From: Girardia tigrina
Lineage: Eukaryota
Direction of reading: 5' to 3'
Length of the DNA stretch: 52,544 nt
Assembly: GCA_001938485.1 (NCBI GenBank)
Contig: MQRK01234177.1
Span: forward strand, 12,923 to 65,466
Positions 13,901-24,474 of this stretch are shown here, piece after piece (position 1 is the first letter of the stretch; each line of letters starts with the position of its first letter). Both the position numbers and the translations under genes were made by a program. Below the pieces are notes generated by a model, which saw nothing but the letters and a program-made list of their open reading frames with translations, was not told the origin of the DNA and searched no databases.

Positions 13901-14302
13901 AAGAAATGTTTTAAAAATCATGTTTTCAAATCACATGAAGAAATTGAAGAAGCTTGTAAATTCTTTTTTTAATTCTTTATCAACAGGAACATTAAAAAAT
14001 CAACTAGATAAACTTTTTTACTATTGTCAGTTGGCTATTGACAACAATGGTGAATATATTGTTGCTTAAGAAATTTTTAAAATATATTTTTAAATAAATT
14101 TTTCAATTCACTGCATCTATTTTTTTGTTGGTTAATAATATTATTTTTTGGTAAGTTTCAAATTTTATGCTTTGAAATTTTAACACAGTATTTATGACAG
14201 TCTGAATAATATTCAGTCCAAATTTGGTTAAATTTGGTAAAATATTAGTGTGTTTTTAAAGGCCACCTGAGGACTTTTGGGACAGCCTAAGTATATATAA
14301 TA

Positions 14303-14349
<47 letters not shown>

Positions 14350-17300
14350 ATTTGATTAAAGCTTTTTTATATAATTATTGGACATGTTTCGATGTTTACA
14401 TCATCATCAGTAATTTTCGGATGTTTAGTATATGAATATTGAATTGTTTGAATAATGCAATTTTTTTTACAATTTTAATAAATATAATTTACTTTAAAAG
14501 GTGACAAATAAATTATACAATAAGGTATACAAACAAGCAAATAGAACACAACATTAGGGTAACATTAGACAAATTATGTACAGATGCACGAGTTAAAAAA
14601 ACAATTAAAAGAAGAAAATACTGAAGAATACAAACAAATCATTNNNNNNNNNNNNNNNNNNNNNNNNNNNNNNNNNNNNNNNNNNNNNNNNNNNNNNNNN
14701 NNNNNNNNNNNNNNNNNNNNNNNNNNNNNNNNNNNNNNNNNNNNNNNNNNNNNNNNNNNNNNNNNNNNNNNNNNNNNNNNNNNNNNNNNNNNNNNNNNNN
14801 NNNNNNNNNNNNNNNNNNNNNNNNNNNNNNNNNNNNNNNNNNNNNNNNNNNNNNNNNNNNNNNNNNNNNNNNNNNNNNNNNNNNNNNNNNNNNNNNNNNN
14901 NNNNNNNNNNNNNNNNNNNNNNNNNNNNNNNNNNNNNNNNNNNNNNNNNNNNNNNNNNNNNNNNNNNNNNNNNNNNNNNNNNNNNNNNNNNNNNNNNNNN
15001 NNNNNNNNNNNNNNNNNNNNNNNNNNNNNNNNNNNNNNNACTTAAAATTTTTAATTAAAATATTTTTTGCCATTATTACCCAATAATATTTTCATAAATA
15101 ATAATGTTTAATTTATTTGTCACCTTTTAAAGTAAATTATATTTATTAAAATTGTAAACAAAAATTGTATTATTCAAACAATTCAATATTCATTTACTAA
15201 ACATCCAAAAATTGCTGATGATGATATATGTAAACATCGAAACATGTCCAATAATTATATAAAAAAGCTTTAATCAAATTATATTTTCGAAATACTAAAC
15301 TTGCGTTCACAAGACTCAATAATATATAATATAATATATTTTGTAAAAGTGTAATGAATCTCGCAAGCTGAAAAATTGTTTAAAGAGGGACACATGCAGC
15401 CAGCGGTTTGGTCACCCTAGATATGAACGAAAGTCTTTTTCTGAAGATTCTACAACTTTCATCAAAAAATCCTTTATCCTTTCGTCGTCTGGTTTGGTGA
15501 ATGAAATTATAATTAAAATGAAATAAGAATTGTTACATTAATAAATGTTACTACTTAATGGTTCTTTCTGCATCATAACTCAAAAAAAACATTGTTATAT
15601 TTTAAAAATCCATAACTATAAGGTTTTAAATTCATGACTATTGGAAATAAATTATTATTCTTTCACTAAACAGTGAAAAATATTCTTTTAAAGCCGAAAC
15701 GCAAATGGAATTATCTTTAAATTCATACATCTTTTTAAATTGAAAATTGAATACAAAATTTGTTAATATTTTTATGTTCTATCTTAAGATAATATGATTT
15801 TTTATTTTTAACGTAGTCAATATATTTTTGCTGTATGATTGTATTAATTTTAAAAATTTATTTAATTTATATTTAAAATATCTTTACTTATCGTTTATAT
15901 TTAAAAATTTAATGACAATTTATATTGGAATAACTTTTAATAACAATTTAATGTCGTACACTTAATAATACAATATTAAAAGAATTAAAAAATATAACTT
16001 TTTTTCTCATCTTGCTATTTTATCTTTTATTTTATTCATACATTATTGTTTATGGTATACAATAAATTTTTAATTCAAGGAATCAAAAACTTAATGAAAG
16101 ATATCAAAATGATGTTGGGATTTAAGCCAGGATACTTTTGGATTGCCTGTTGGACCGTAATAACTCCACTAATTATAACAGTAAGTTTTTATCTTTTAAT
16201 CGTTTTATAATTATTATAATTATTATAATTATTATTTATAATTAAAAATGAAAATTTATTTTGGTTATTCAGACAATGACACAAATAATAAATCAAATTC
16301 ATTTTAATCCAATAATTTATTGGTTAGATGTTATTTAATATTAGTATATTTCCGTATAGATTGCTAGTTTAGTGCATGTTGTGATCTGATGATGTGATTA
16401 TTATCTCTAAACTTATTTTTTACCCATTTTATATATTCTTTAAAAGTTATTACTAATTAATAAGTTATCAGCTTTTATTTACATCTTAAAAAGTATAAAT
16501 ACTTAAGTATTACACTAATAAAAAATTCTTTTAAGACCACCAAACAATTATCAATAAGAATTAAAATTTGCCAAATTTTAATGAAATTCAAAACTTGAAA
16601 GCCAATTGAAAACGTTTATTAATTTCGACGGTTTAACCTTCATCGTCAAAACAAATGATTTTTCAAACGAAATTTACCTATATAGTGCAGTTAATGATTA
16701 TGCAATCAATACGTCGTAATCAGTACATCATTTAAAAACTCTCAGCAAAGTTGTAGAAAGTGCAGTTTGAACGTTAATTTTAGGATCCAAAGATCTAATA
16801 TATAACGCTTCACATGTCACTCTCTCACAATAATTTTTAAATTGACTTAAAAAAAGTGCACTTAAAGTGCACTCAATTTAAAAATGACTTAAAAAAATGC
16901 ACTTAAAGTGCACTCAATTTAAAAATTATTGTGAGAGAGTGACATGTGAAGCGTTATATATTAGATCTTTGGATCCTAAAATTAACGTTCAAACTGCACT
17001 CTCTACAACTTTGTTGAGAGTTTTTAAATGAGGTACTGATTACGTATTGATTACATAATCATTAACTGCACTATATAAGTAAATTTCGTTTGAGAAATCA
17101 TTTGTTCTGACGATGACGGTTAAACCGTCGAAATTAATAAACGTTTTCAATTGGCTTTCAAGTTTTGATTTTAATAACTTGCCAATTTTATTTCAATTTA
17201 TTTTAATTAAATTATTGAATAATTACTTTTTTAAAAAAATGTCTGTTTGATAGTCCCAAAACCTAATTTTTATTCCCTTATGTGATGCGGTCAATAAGTA

Positions 17301-20300
17301 TCCGATCTAAGGAAAAAAATCTAAGAGCAGATGTTGAATATAGCAGTGTCATCAAGTTCTTTGTGTTGCAGAAGATGACGTGCAGTGAAATTTGCGATCT
17401 TTTGTAGTCAAATTGCCTACATGACTCCTCATCTTTGACAACTGTTTAATATTGGGTCAGAGATTTTAAAGCTTGTCGCACCTCCATTTATGATGAAGAA
17501 AAATCAGGTCAGCCTCAAAACATTGTTGACACAATTGATTAAAAATTGCAGAAGATGGTCGAAGCAGAGTAGCGAATTACCATGAAAATGCTCTTTACAA
17601 AGCCCAACATCAGTACAGACTTCGCCAAAATGGTCCATGGGTATCAGAAAACTGTGCTCCAGATTCATAACCCGCTTCTTGACTGGTGAAATGAAGCTAA
17701 ACCACTCGGTATTTAATCGGAACTACCTGAACCTGCGGCACCAGCATGGTGAGACTTTCCTGACTGATTAAATTATGGAGGATGAAACTACTCGCAGTGT
17801 GTATTTGCGAGAAACAAAGCGTGAGTCAGAAGAGTAAAAAATACCTGGAGAGAAGCCATTTTTAAAGATCCGAACGAGGAAAAACTATGGACGAAAGACG
17901 ATGCTTCCATGTTCTGGGATTATAAAGGTGTTTTTCTCATGTATTTTGCATATAAAGGCATCACCATCAACGTTGCGTATTATAGCCAACTTGTTGCGAC
18001 CATCACAAAGATTTGACGGAAGTAGAAGAACACGCCACAATTTTTTCTTTACGAACATGCACAAGTGCAAACGGTGGGCATTTCTCGGGCCATAATTGAA
18101 GGTTCTGCGCTAATGCTTTTCGATCATCAGAGGTACAGCCTAGATTTGGTACCGAGCGATTTTATCTCTTCAGGCATCTAAAGAAGAACTTGAGAGGCAT
18201 TCAGTTAGGATAGAAAAACGATTTGAAGGTTGCCTTGGAGGATTTCTTCGCCATATAAGTTTTCAAAAAGGCGTTTATTGAGTTAATTATCTGTAGTCGA
18301 GAGTGTGCTGAACGAAGTTGACTTTATGTTTAAAAACGATGGCTATATACTTCAAGCTTGTTGTGTTATAAAAATAGCCCTTTTCGGAATTTGTTTTCTT
18401 AGTAAGAAAGGGTACTTATTGAACGCCCTACGCAACTTTGCTAAACATAAATAATTTAGAAGTAATTATCTAAAAATGTATATTATCTAAAATTAGTTTA
18501 GCAGTGCAAGAAAAACCTTTCATGAAGTAAGACTGATTGTAAGATTGATATTAGCAATAGAATATTTTTAGGCTATTTTTATTGATAACAAAGCAGAACA
18601 GAAGTGAATCATTAACTTTTATTGGATCTTGGTATTGTAAATTGTGGTTAACTTTTCTTGGTTATCAATACTTAGCGAAAATTCTTTAATTATTAAGATA
18701 TTTAGTTTAAAATACATTTGTTTAATTGGAAATTATATTTTAGTATCACGATATATCAACTAAATTAAATAATTAATAATTTAATTTATATATTTCATAG
18801 TTTCTCCTCATCATAAGTGTTGTTCAACACAATCGAATTACATATAATAACGACAATCTTCCTAGATGGGCGGAGGTACTAGGAATTTTAATGGCACTAG
18901 TCAGTATTTCAGCCATTCCAGTGTACTTCGGGTATCACGCAATTTTCAAAGGATTTGTAAGTTTTATAAAAGTTTTTAATTTATCATACACGCGAGGAAT
19001 ATTTTATATGGTGTGCTTATTTGAGTATGTTGAAATTTTAATTGGGATTCACCAACCCAGCTATAAATTTGGTGCTTTATTGTATTAGCGTTAACTGATC
19101 ATTCGAACAGAATTGACTGTTTAAAAAATTTAATAGTCATATAAAATATTATTTTAAAAAGTACCTTTATGTCTTGAGGTATAATATAGGGTAATTTCTA
19201 ATTTGAATAATATTTTTCAAAAAATAAAAGAAGCATGTTTAATCTTTTAATTAAAGGCATTTTTGGGGTTTGAATAATTTTCAAAAACGTTAATTATGAT
19301 TAAGGATTTTATCAAATATTTTAAAGTTAAAATAATAATAAATATTAGGAAATTTGTTTGAATAATAATTATTAAAAATTCAGAAACTACACTAATTAGA
19401 ATAATGACTAATGTTGGACGAACTTCTGATAGTTGTGACGATTATAAATGTAACAGTAATAAATGAGTGCATTGTAATTGTGTCGGCGCTCTTAACATTC
19501 ATAAAACAATTATAAGTTTTTATCAACACTATTCCTTTAATAAAAAATTAATTATTATATCTAATACACTTTGATATTTGATTTATGCGAAATAAGATGA
19601 GTTTTTTTATGAAAATAAGAGAATTTAAATAAGTTTCTTTCAATCTCTTGATTTAATGAATTTCTGGTTTCAATGTTAACATTTGCATAAGCTCCGTCTA
19701 CGGCTTATCGTTTAAAGAGACCATTTTGGAAGAAAAGTAATTAAAAAATTCAAATTAAGCGTGAGTTGGTAGATATTTTTGTCTATCATTATAATAATTG
19801 ATATACAAAACAATTTTTATTTGAAAAATTATTTAATATTTTTTAAACGTTTTAAAATAACTTTGTAAGATTATTCTTTCTTTCTTTTTCATTTTAAATT
19901 CCGTATTTTTAAAACACTTTGAAAGTTGTAAAGTGAACATTAGGGAAATATTTAATATTTTTATTTTAAAATATCGATATAATTTATTTATATATCAACT
20001 CTTTCTTCGAATTGACAGTCTATTTACCACGGTATTCTCAAATTCTTTACTATTTTTTATAAATAATTTGATACACTTTCCTGATAAGAATTTACTAAGT
20101 ATGTCTTGATTTAATAACATTACTATTAACAACAGCAGCATCATCATGCTCAATAAACCTCTTGATTAATGTTACCATCATTTAAAACCCTTAAAGTGAA
20201 CTCTAGTTCCCCGGGGGACACTGCGTTGAAGTATTTTCGACTGGCTTAACACAGGTTACCAAAGTATCAGGTCCCCACATACTCCTATAACTTTCTCAAC

Positions 20301-20961
20301 ACTAATAAACATGTAATCGCTAAAAAATACCCGTGGAGTGGATGCAAAATCTACTCAGTAAACTGCTGAATTAAGATAAACTTACTATGAAAATCGAAAA
20401 TCAGAAAGCAGCTGAAGGATAAAAGCTAGAACAAATTAATTTAAAATAATAGAATCTTTGAAGCCCCCTATATTTATTATAGGCACTCAGTTTTATCATA
20501 AAATCTGAGACAATATAAAAATCTCATGATAAAAATGACTATAGTTTGATTTGGTTATTCTCCCGACAGAGTTTATTTTACTAGAACTATTTTAGGATGA
20601 CAAACACAAAAAATAACAAAGTTTAGAATCAAACCAAAGTAAAATTTACTGTATATTAAATTCACATAAAACGTTTAATAATATTTTATTAAGAATCTAA
20701 ATATTCTTTACTTTTATTTCTATAATTACATTTATTTGTTATTTTACATCAATTTATGACGCTTTACTAAATTATATATATTTTTTTATTTTGTAAGTTT
20801 GAGGAATATTTGTAATGTTGTGTGTTTTGCTTTTGACTGTAGAATGTTGTTTTAGAAGTGTGACTCTCTTATACAGATGGTTGATTTATATATATATATA
20901 TATATATATATNNNNNNNNNNNNNNNNNNNNNNNNNNNNNNNNNNNNNNNNNNNNNNNNNN

Positions 20962-20993
<32 letters not shown>

Positions 20994-21435
20994 TCATTTT
21001 GTCTAAAAATAATTTTATGTTAATTTCAAAATATTTAATAAAAAATATTTTACTTAAAAAAGTTTCAACAATTGATATTTGGAATAATATTTCAAATAAG
21101 TAAATTTTAATATTTTTATATATTTTTTATTAAAGCAGAAAAATGAATATTTTTTATTTGGAATCTTTTAAACACGCTGTTCAATTTTTTAAAAAAAAAT
21201 AATAAATTTCTAATTAGTGTTTTGTATTTACTGTTGATTAATTTTTAATAATATTATTTTTGTCAAGACTAAAACTTCAACTGAATGTTGGGGACCTGCA
21301 AATTTAAAATACTGGGAGGACGATGAACGATACTCAGAAAAATTGAGGTCCAAGTAACTATAAAATGAAATTACGAATGAAATTAATAATATAAATTTTA
21401 GGAAGAAGAAGGAATTGGAATTAACAGCATTCTAA
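4828..21435 (+). CDS. SLC6 / neurotransmitter:sodium symporter, amino-acid-transporter-like. Spliced; the 5' exons (TM1-3) are not in the window.
   Basis: GT-AG exons join in frame: 4828-4981, 5024-5158, 7485-7588, 10772-11147, 11191-11290, 16080-16180, 18801-18956, 21268-21353/21357, possibly 21402-21435. Motifs: [62 protein letters not shown]. Confidence 0.95.
5024..5158 (+). CDS. SLC6 exon (TM5)
   Basis: 135 bp; [45 protein letters not shown]; follows a 42-bp intron. Confidence 0.93.
5480..6400 (+). mobile_element. Heavily degenerate mariner transposase remnant
   Basis: Recognisable fragments: EDDP.IGRP (~5577), LITTDESW (~5843), HDN (~6137), SDF (~6242), with many stops and frameshifts. 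Confidence 0.6.
6944..7107. repeat. ~164 bp imperfect palindrome (MITE-like / fold-back)
   Basis: gctaatcaaaaattctcaataag.tggttgagactgcc... is the reverse complement of ...ggcagtctcaaccaacttattgagaatttttgattagc. Single-arm relatives occur at ~21735-21800 and ~49500-49560. Confidence 0.85.
7485..7588 (+). CDS. SLC6 exon (TM6)
   Basis: 104 bp; [35 protein letters not shown]. Confidence 0.95.
7860..8732 (-). mobile_element. Penelope-like retroelement: RT C-terminus plus GIY-YIG endonuclease (degenerate)
   Basis: [24 protein letters not shown]...YRKPT; [29 protein letters not shown]; [13 protein letters not shown]. Confidence 0.92.
8780..10262 (-). mobile_element. Ty3/Gypsy-type LTR retrotransposon 3' fragment (RNase H plus integrase, start of 3' LTR)
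   Basis: RNase H-like [32 protein letters not shown]. Integrase HHCC (HDKSH..CPKCQ), [18 protein letters not shown] purine run is followed by TGTTGGATATTT starting at 8803. Confidence 0.88.
10772..11147 (+). CDS. SLC6 exon (TM7-TM9)
   Basis: [27 protein letters not shown]...GLAFVAY...[12 protein letters not shown]...LGIPCISK. Confidence 0.95.
11191..11290 (+). CDS. SLC6 exon (TM10)
   Basis: [34 protein letters not shown]; follows a 43-bp intron. Confidence 0.93.
11400..12130 (+). mobile_element. Possible non-LTR retrotransposon remnant
   Basis: GC-richer island. [20 protein letters not shown] resembles the post-RT region of LINEs, but no catalytic motif was seen. Confidence 0.35.
12795..14291 (+). 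mobile_element. Full-length mariner (DD34D-type) with ~130 bp TIRs and TA target duplication; transposase frameshifted
   Basis: TA|cttaggctgtcccaaaagtcctcaggtg...cacctgaggacttttgggacagcctaag|TA. Motifs: [30 protein letters not shown]. Confidence 0.95.
14377..14414 (-). ncRNA. Minimal type I hammerhead ribozyme motif
   Basis: Minus strand: atta CTGATGA T GATG taaa CATC GAAA CATG TC caat. The core-proximal stem I pair is an A-C mismatch. Confidence 0.75.
14644..15039. other. Assembly gap (others at 20912-20961 and 41896-42258)
   Basis: Runs of N. Confidence 1.
15211..15252 (+). ncRNA. Minimal type I hammerhead ribozyme motif
   Basis: ATTG CTGATGA T GAT atatgtaaac ATC GAAA CATG TC CAAT. GUC triplet; predicted cut after 15248. 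Confidence 0.78.
16080..16180 (+). CDS. SLC6 exon (TM11)
   Basis: [33 protein letters not shown]; gtaagt donor. Confidence 0.93.
16612..16654 (-). ncRNA. Hammerhead ribozyme motif, mutated copy
   Basis: Minus strand: gtt TTGACGA T GAAGG ttaaa CCGTC GAAA TTAA TA aac (C3U plus one stem II mismatch). Confidence 0.6.
17102..17144 (+). ncRNA. Minimal type I hammerhead ribozyme motif
   Basis: GTT CTGACGA T GACGG ttaaa CCGTC GAAA TTAA TA AAC. Intact core, 5-bp stem II, palindromic loop III; predicted cut after 17139. Confidence 0.8.
17279..18432 (+). mobile_element. Degenerate mariner element
   Basis: Decayed TIRs gcggtcaataagtat / gtacttattgaacgc. Motifs: [34 protein letters not shown]. Confidence 0.82.
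18801..18956 (+). CDS. SLC6 exon (TM12)
   Basis: [52 protein letters not shown]; gtaagt donor. Confidence 0.9.
21268..21357 (+). CDS. SLC6 C-terminal exon
   Basis: [29 protein letters not shown] with the WGP motif. It may instead splice at 21353 to 21402-21435. Confidence 0.8.
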   Translation, partial: TKTSTECWGPANLKYWEDDERYSEKLRSK

Positions 21436-23348
21436 TATTTTTTGGATAAAATATGATAATTATTTCCAAATGTTTTTGTAAAAAATATTTAATAAAATGA
21501 TCTTTATGTTGACTTTCTTAAATGTTACATAAATTCATAAAAATACAAAAAAAATATTTTTTAAGTAGATAAATATTTTATATTAAAGACAAAATAATAT
21601 CGTTTCGAATATTTTAAAGTGATAATATATTCTTACTTTCAACTATCATTGTCATTTATTAAAAAGTCAAAATAAATACAAAGAGAGGATTATATAAACG
21701 ATTATACGAAATTATTTTTATCAAAAACAATTTGATAAGCTAGTTGAGACTGTCGATTAAACATTGATTTTAGAGCAACACGACCTAATTAACAATGCTT
21801 CATAAAACCTATCTTCAATGACTATCAAAATGCTCACAGACAATCTTTAATAATCAATTTACACATTTGTGTGCGTTCAGCACTAGTTTTTCTTGACATT
21901 TATATTCATAAACAATATATGAACCAATTGATTGAATATTCGAACATAATTAAAATAATAATTTGATAAGTTTAAATTTTCAAAATTAAGTTTAATATTT
22001 TTTAAAAAAAGAAAAAACATTTAATTAGATATAAATAAAACTAATAAAATTTTAATTAAATTCATTTTTAACAATTTGAAAATATTTTTATTATTTTCAG
22101 TTTTTATAAAGAAATTGTTAAAATTATTATTTTTAATTAATATTTCTAGAAATGAAATATTTTTAAAAGACTTAGAAAAATTGTTCTAATAATCATGATT
22201 AAAAATAGAAAAAAATCAATTAAAGAGATGTCTAACGGAGAACGATCTTTCGAGAGTTGGAATGACTCTAAATGTGATAATAATAAAAATTTAAATGAAA
22301 ATTGTGTCATTGTTCTTAACACCTTTATTAGCGACACGAAAGGCCTAAGTAAATGTTAAATATTGAAACTAAGACTACGATATGTTCAAAAACGTTGAAA
22401 GAAAACACGTCCCAGCAAAAACTATGTCAAAAAAACGAATCAGCGAAATTTTTAATACTTAATTAATTATGATAACATTTTTTTATTAAATACATTTCGT
22501 CGTAGAAATTATGCTACAGTGAATTGTAATCCAAAAACAAATTGTTCGTGTAAAACATGGCACCTGTCCTTTAATGAACTTATCAGTACATCTCATCTAA
22601 TAATATGGTCATTTTGGGTTCAATAAAAAACAAATGGACTTTTAGTGAAGAAGTAATTGAACAGATTATAATTGGTTATCAACTTCTACCAAAGAAGCGA
22701 AAATATCACGACTGTGCAAATTTATCATTTTAAAAACATTTTTCAATAACTTTGTAACATGCTAAACAATTTTATTTGCATATTTATAATAATTTTTGCT
22801 GCTTATTTTAATTTTGACAAATATATAGATTGAGTACTGAAAATAATTTTATTCAAATTATATTGAAAACATTATTATTTTACTTTATTATATTATTTTA
22901 GATTTAAAATTTTAGTTTTTAATCATTTGAAAAACCAAAATGTGTAAATAATCTATGAAGCTTTCTAGGTATTTTTAATTATTACAGAAGATTCATAAAA
23001 TTATACGCAACAAAAGCTAAGACGTTGGAATAACTATGTGGATTGAACAAACACGAACTGTTATGGACGATGTCGTGGGATTTAGCGTTTTCATCAATGA
23101 AGAAAGCTTTAACAATTTTAAAAGTTCCAAGATTCTGACAAAGATTCCAAGGAATGACATAAATCCACATGAAAGTTTTAGGATTTGTTAAAAAAATCAA
23201 ATACAATTGTTAGATTTTACTCATTCAACACAAACGTCATCCTTAACAAACTGAGTTAATATCTCAGAATTATCTCCTGAAACAGCACATAAAATAATAA
23301 GAATAATATTGTAATAGGTAACAGTACATAAAAATTAACTTTTACAAC

Positions 23349-23860
23349 TGTGAGGAATATTTTAAATTGTTTGAATGTGTAAATGTATGGATGATGTATG
23401 TTGATTTAAGTATGTTGAATTTAGAATGGTGATTCTCCCACCCAGATGGAAATTGGCATTTTTTATTTAAATTTAAAGTGATTGACTATTCGAACATAAT
23501 TAAAATAATCATTTTATAAGTTCATATCTTTAATTTCAGAATTAAAATTAAGTTTAATATTTTTCAGTAAAATTTAAATTAAATGCATTTTTAATAATTT
23601 GATGTCATTTTTATAATTTTGAGATTTATTGAAAAATGATAAAAATTAATATTTTTAATTAATATTTTTTAGAGGTTAAATATTTTAAAAAATAATTTTG
23701 AAAAATTGTTCGAATAATCATGATTAAAAACAGAAATAAGAAAACCAATTAGAATGATGGCAAATGATGAAAGACCTTCTGAGAGTCATAATGACTCTAA
23801 ATGTAATTGCAATAAAGATTTAAACGAGACTTGTTTAAATGTTCTTAATAACAACTTTTA
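23349..23860 (+). repeat. Representative copy of an unclassified dispersed repeat family (TGTGAGGAATATTT...TCTCCYACYCAGATGG...)
   Basis: Related copies at ~2150, ~12150-12470 (-), ~19300, ~21940, ~27553, ~27784, ~51030 and ~52267. Confidence 0.75.
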
Positions 23861-24474
23861 GTAATTTATTTTATAAAAATAAAAGGTAAATGTTTAAGGA
23901 AATTTTTCTCTTGATTTTTTAAATTATTCCGATTTAGAGGAACTCTTTTGGACAACCTTCATTACGAGGTTAATTTGAAGTAACAATTTTTGTAAAAGAA
24001 ACACGTCTTTTCAATCATTAAATATTTTATTATAATATGATAAATATTTTTTAATAAAAAAGATGTTACTTTCAAACTTCTTCTTTCAATCAATTGCAAT
24101 TTTATGAGAACTCTTTTTATTAAAATTAGTTTTTCATTATTTTTTTAATATCAGATTTAATTTAATCTTTTGAAAAACTAATTGAGTAACTTGTAAATAT
24201 TTTGTTTTACTGATTAGAATTTGATTCGGCAGATAAAATCATTTATTATTTTCGTTCATTTGTGAGATTTTTCAATATTTTTTATCGAAATGTGACAGAA
24301 AATGATGAAACTACATTTCTGTTAAACAATATATGTTTAAATTAATTTAAAATTATTAAATGAATAAATCAAATTAATATTTTTGAAATTAATAATTTTG
24401 AAAATAAATTCCTCTTAAATATTACAAATGAATATTTAAGTGTTGAATTTGATTAATGTCATTTTTAAAGCTTT

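Larger units (their letters stand above)
14344..15285. repeat. ~172 bp inverted repeats (14344-14515 / 15109-15285) flanking an assembly gap; Penelope pLTR-like
   Basis: The arms are near reverse complements with several differences, and each holds a hammerhead motif. Confidence 0.85.
16588..17168. repeat. ~580 bp palindrome (arms 16588-16845 / 16914-17168) with a tandem ~39 bp duplication in the spacer
   Basis: Arms are near-perfect reverse complements. The spacer repeats gacttaaaaaaa(g)tgcacttaaagtgcactcaatttaaaaat. Confidence 0.92.

Noticed and set aside
14584-15073. Long ORFs spanning N runs (also 20815-21006 and 41817-42317)
   Set aside because: Artefacts of assembly gaps.
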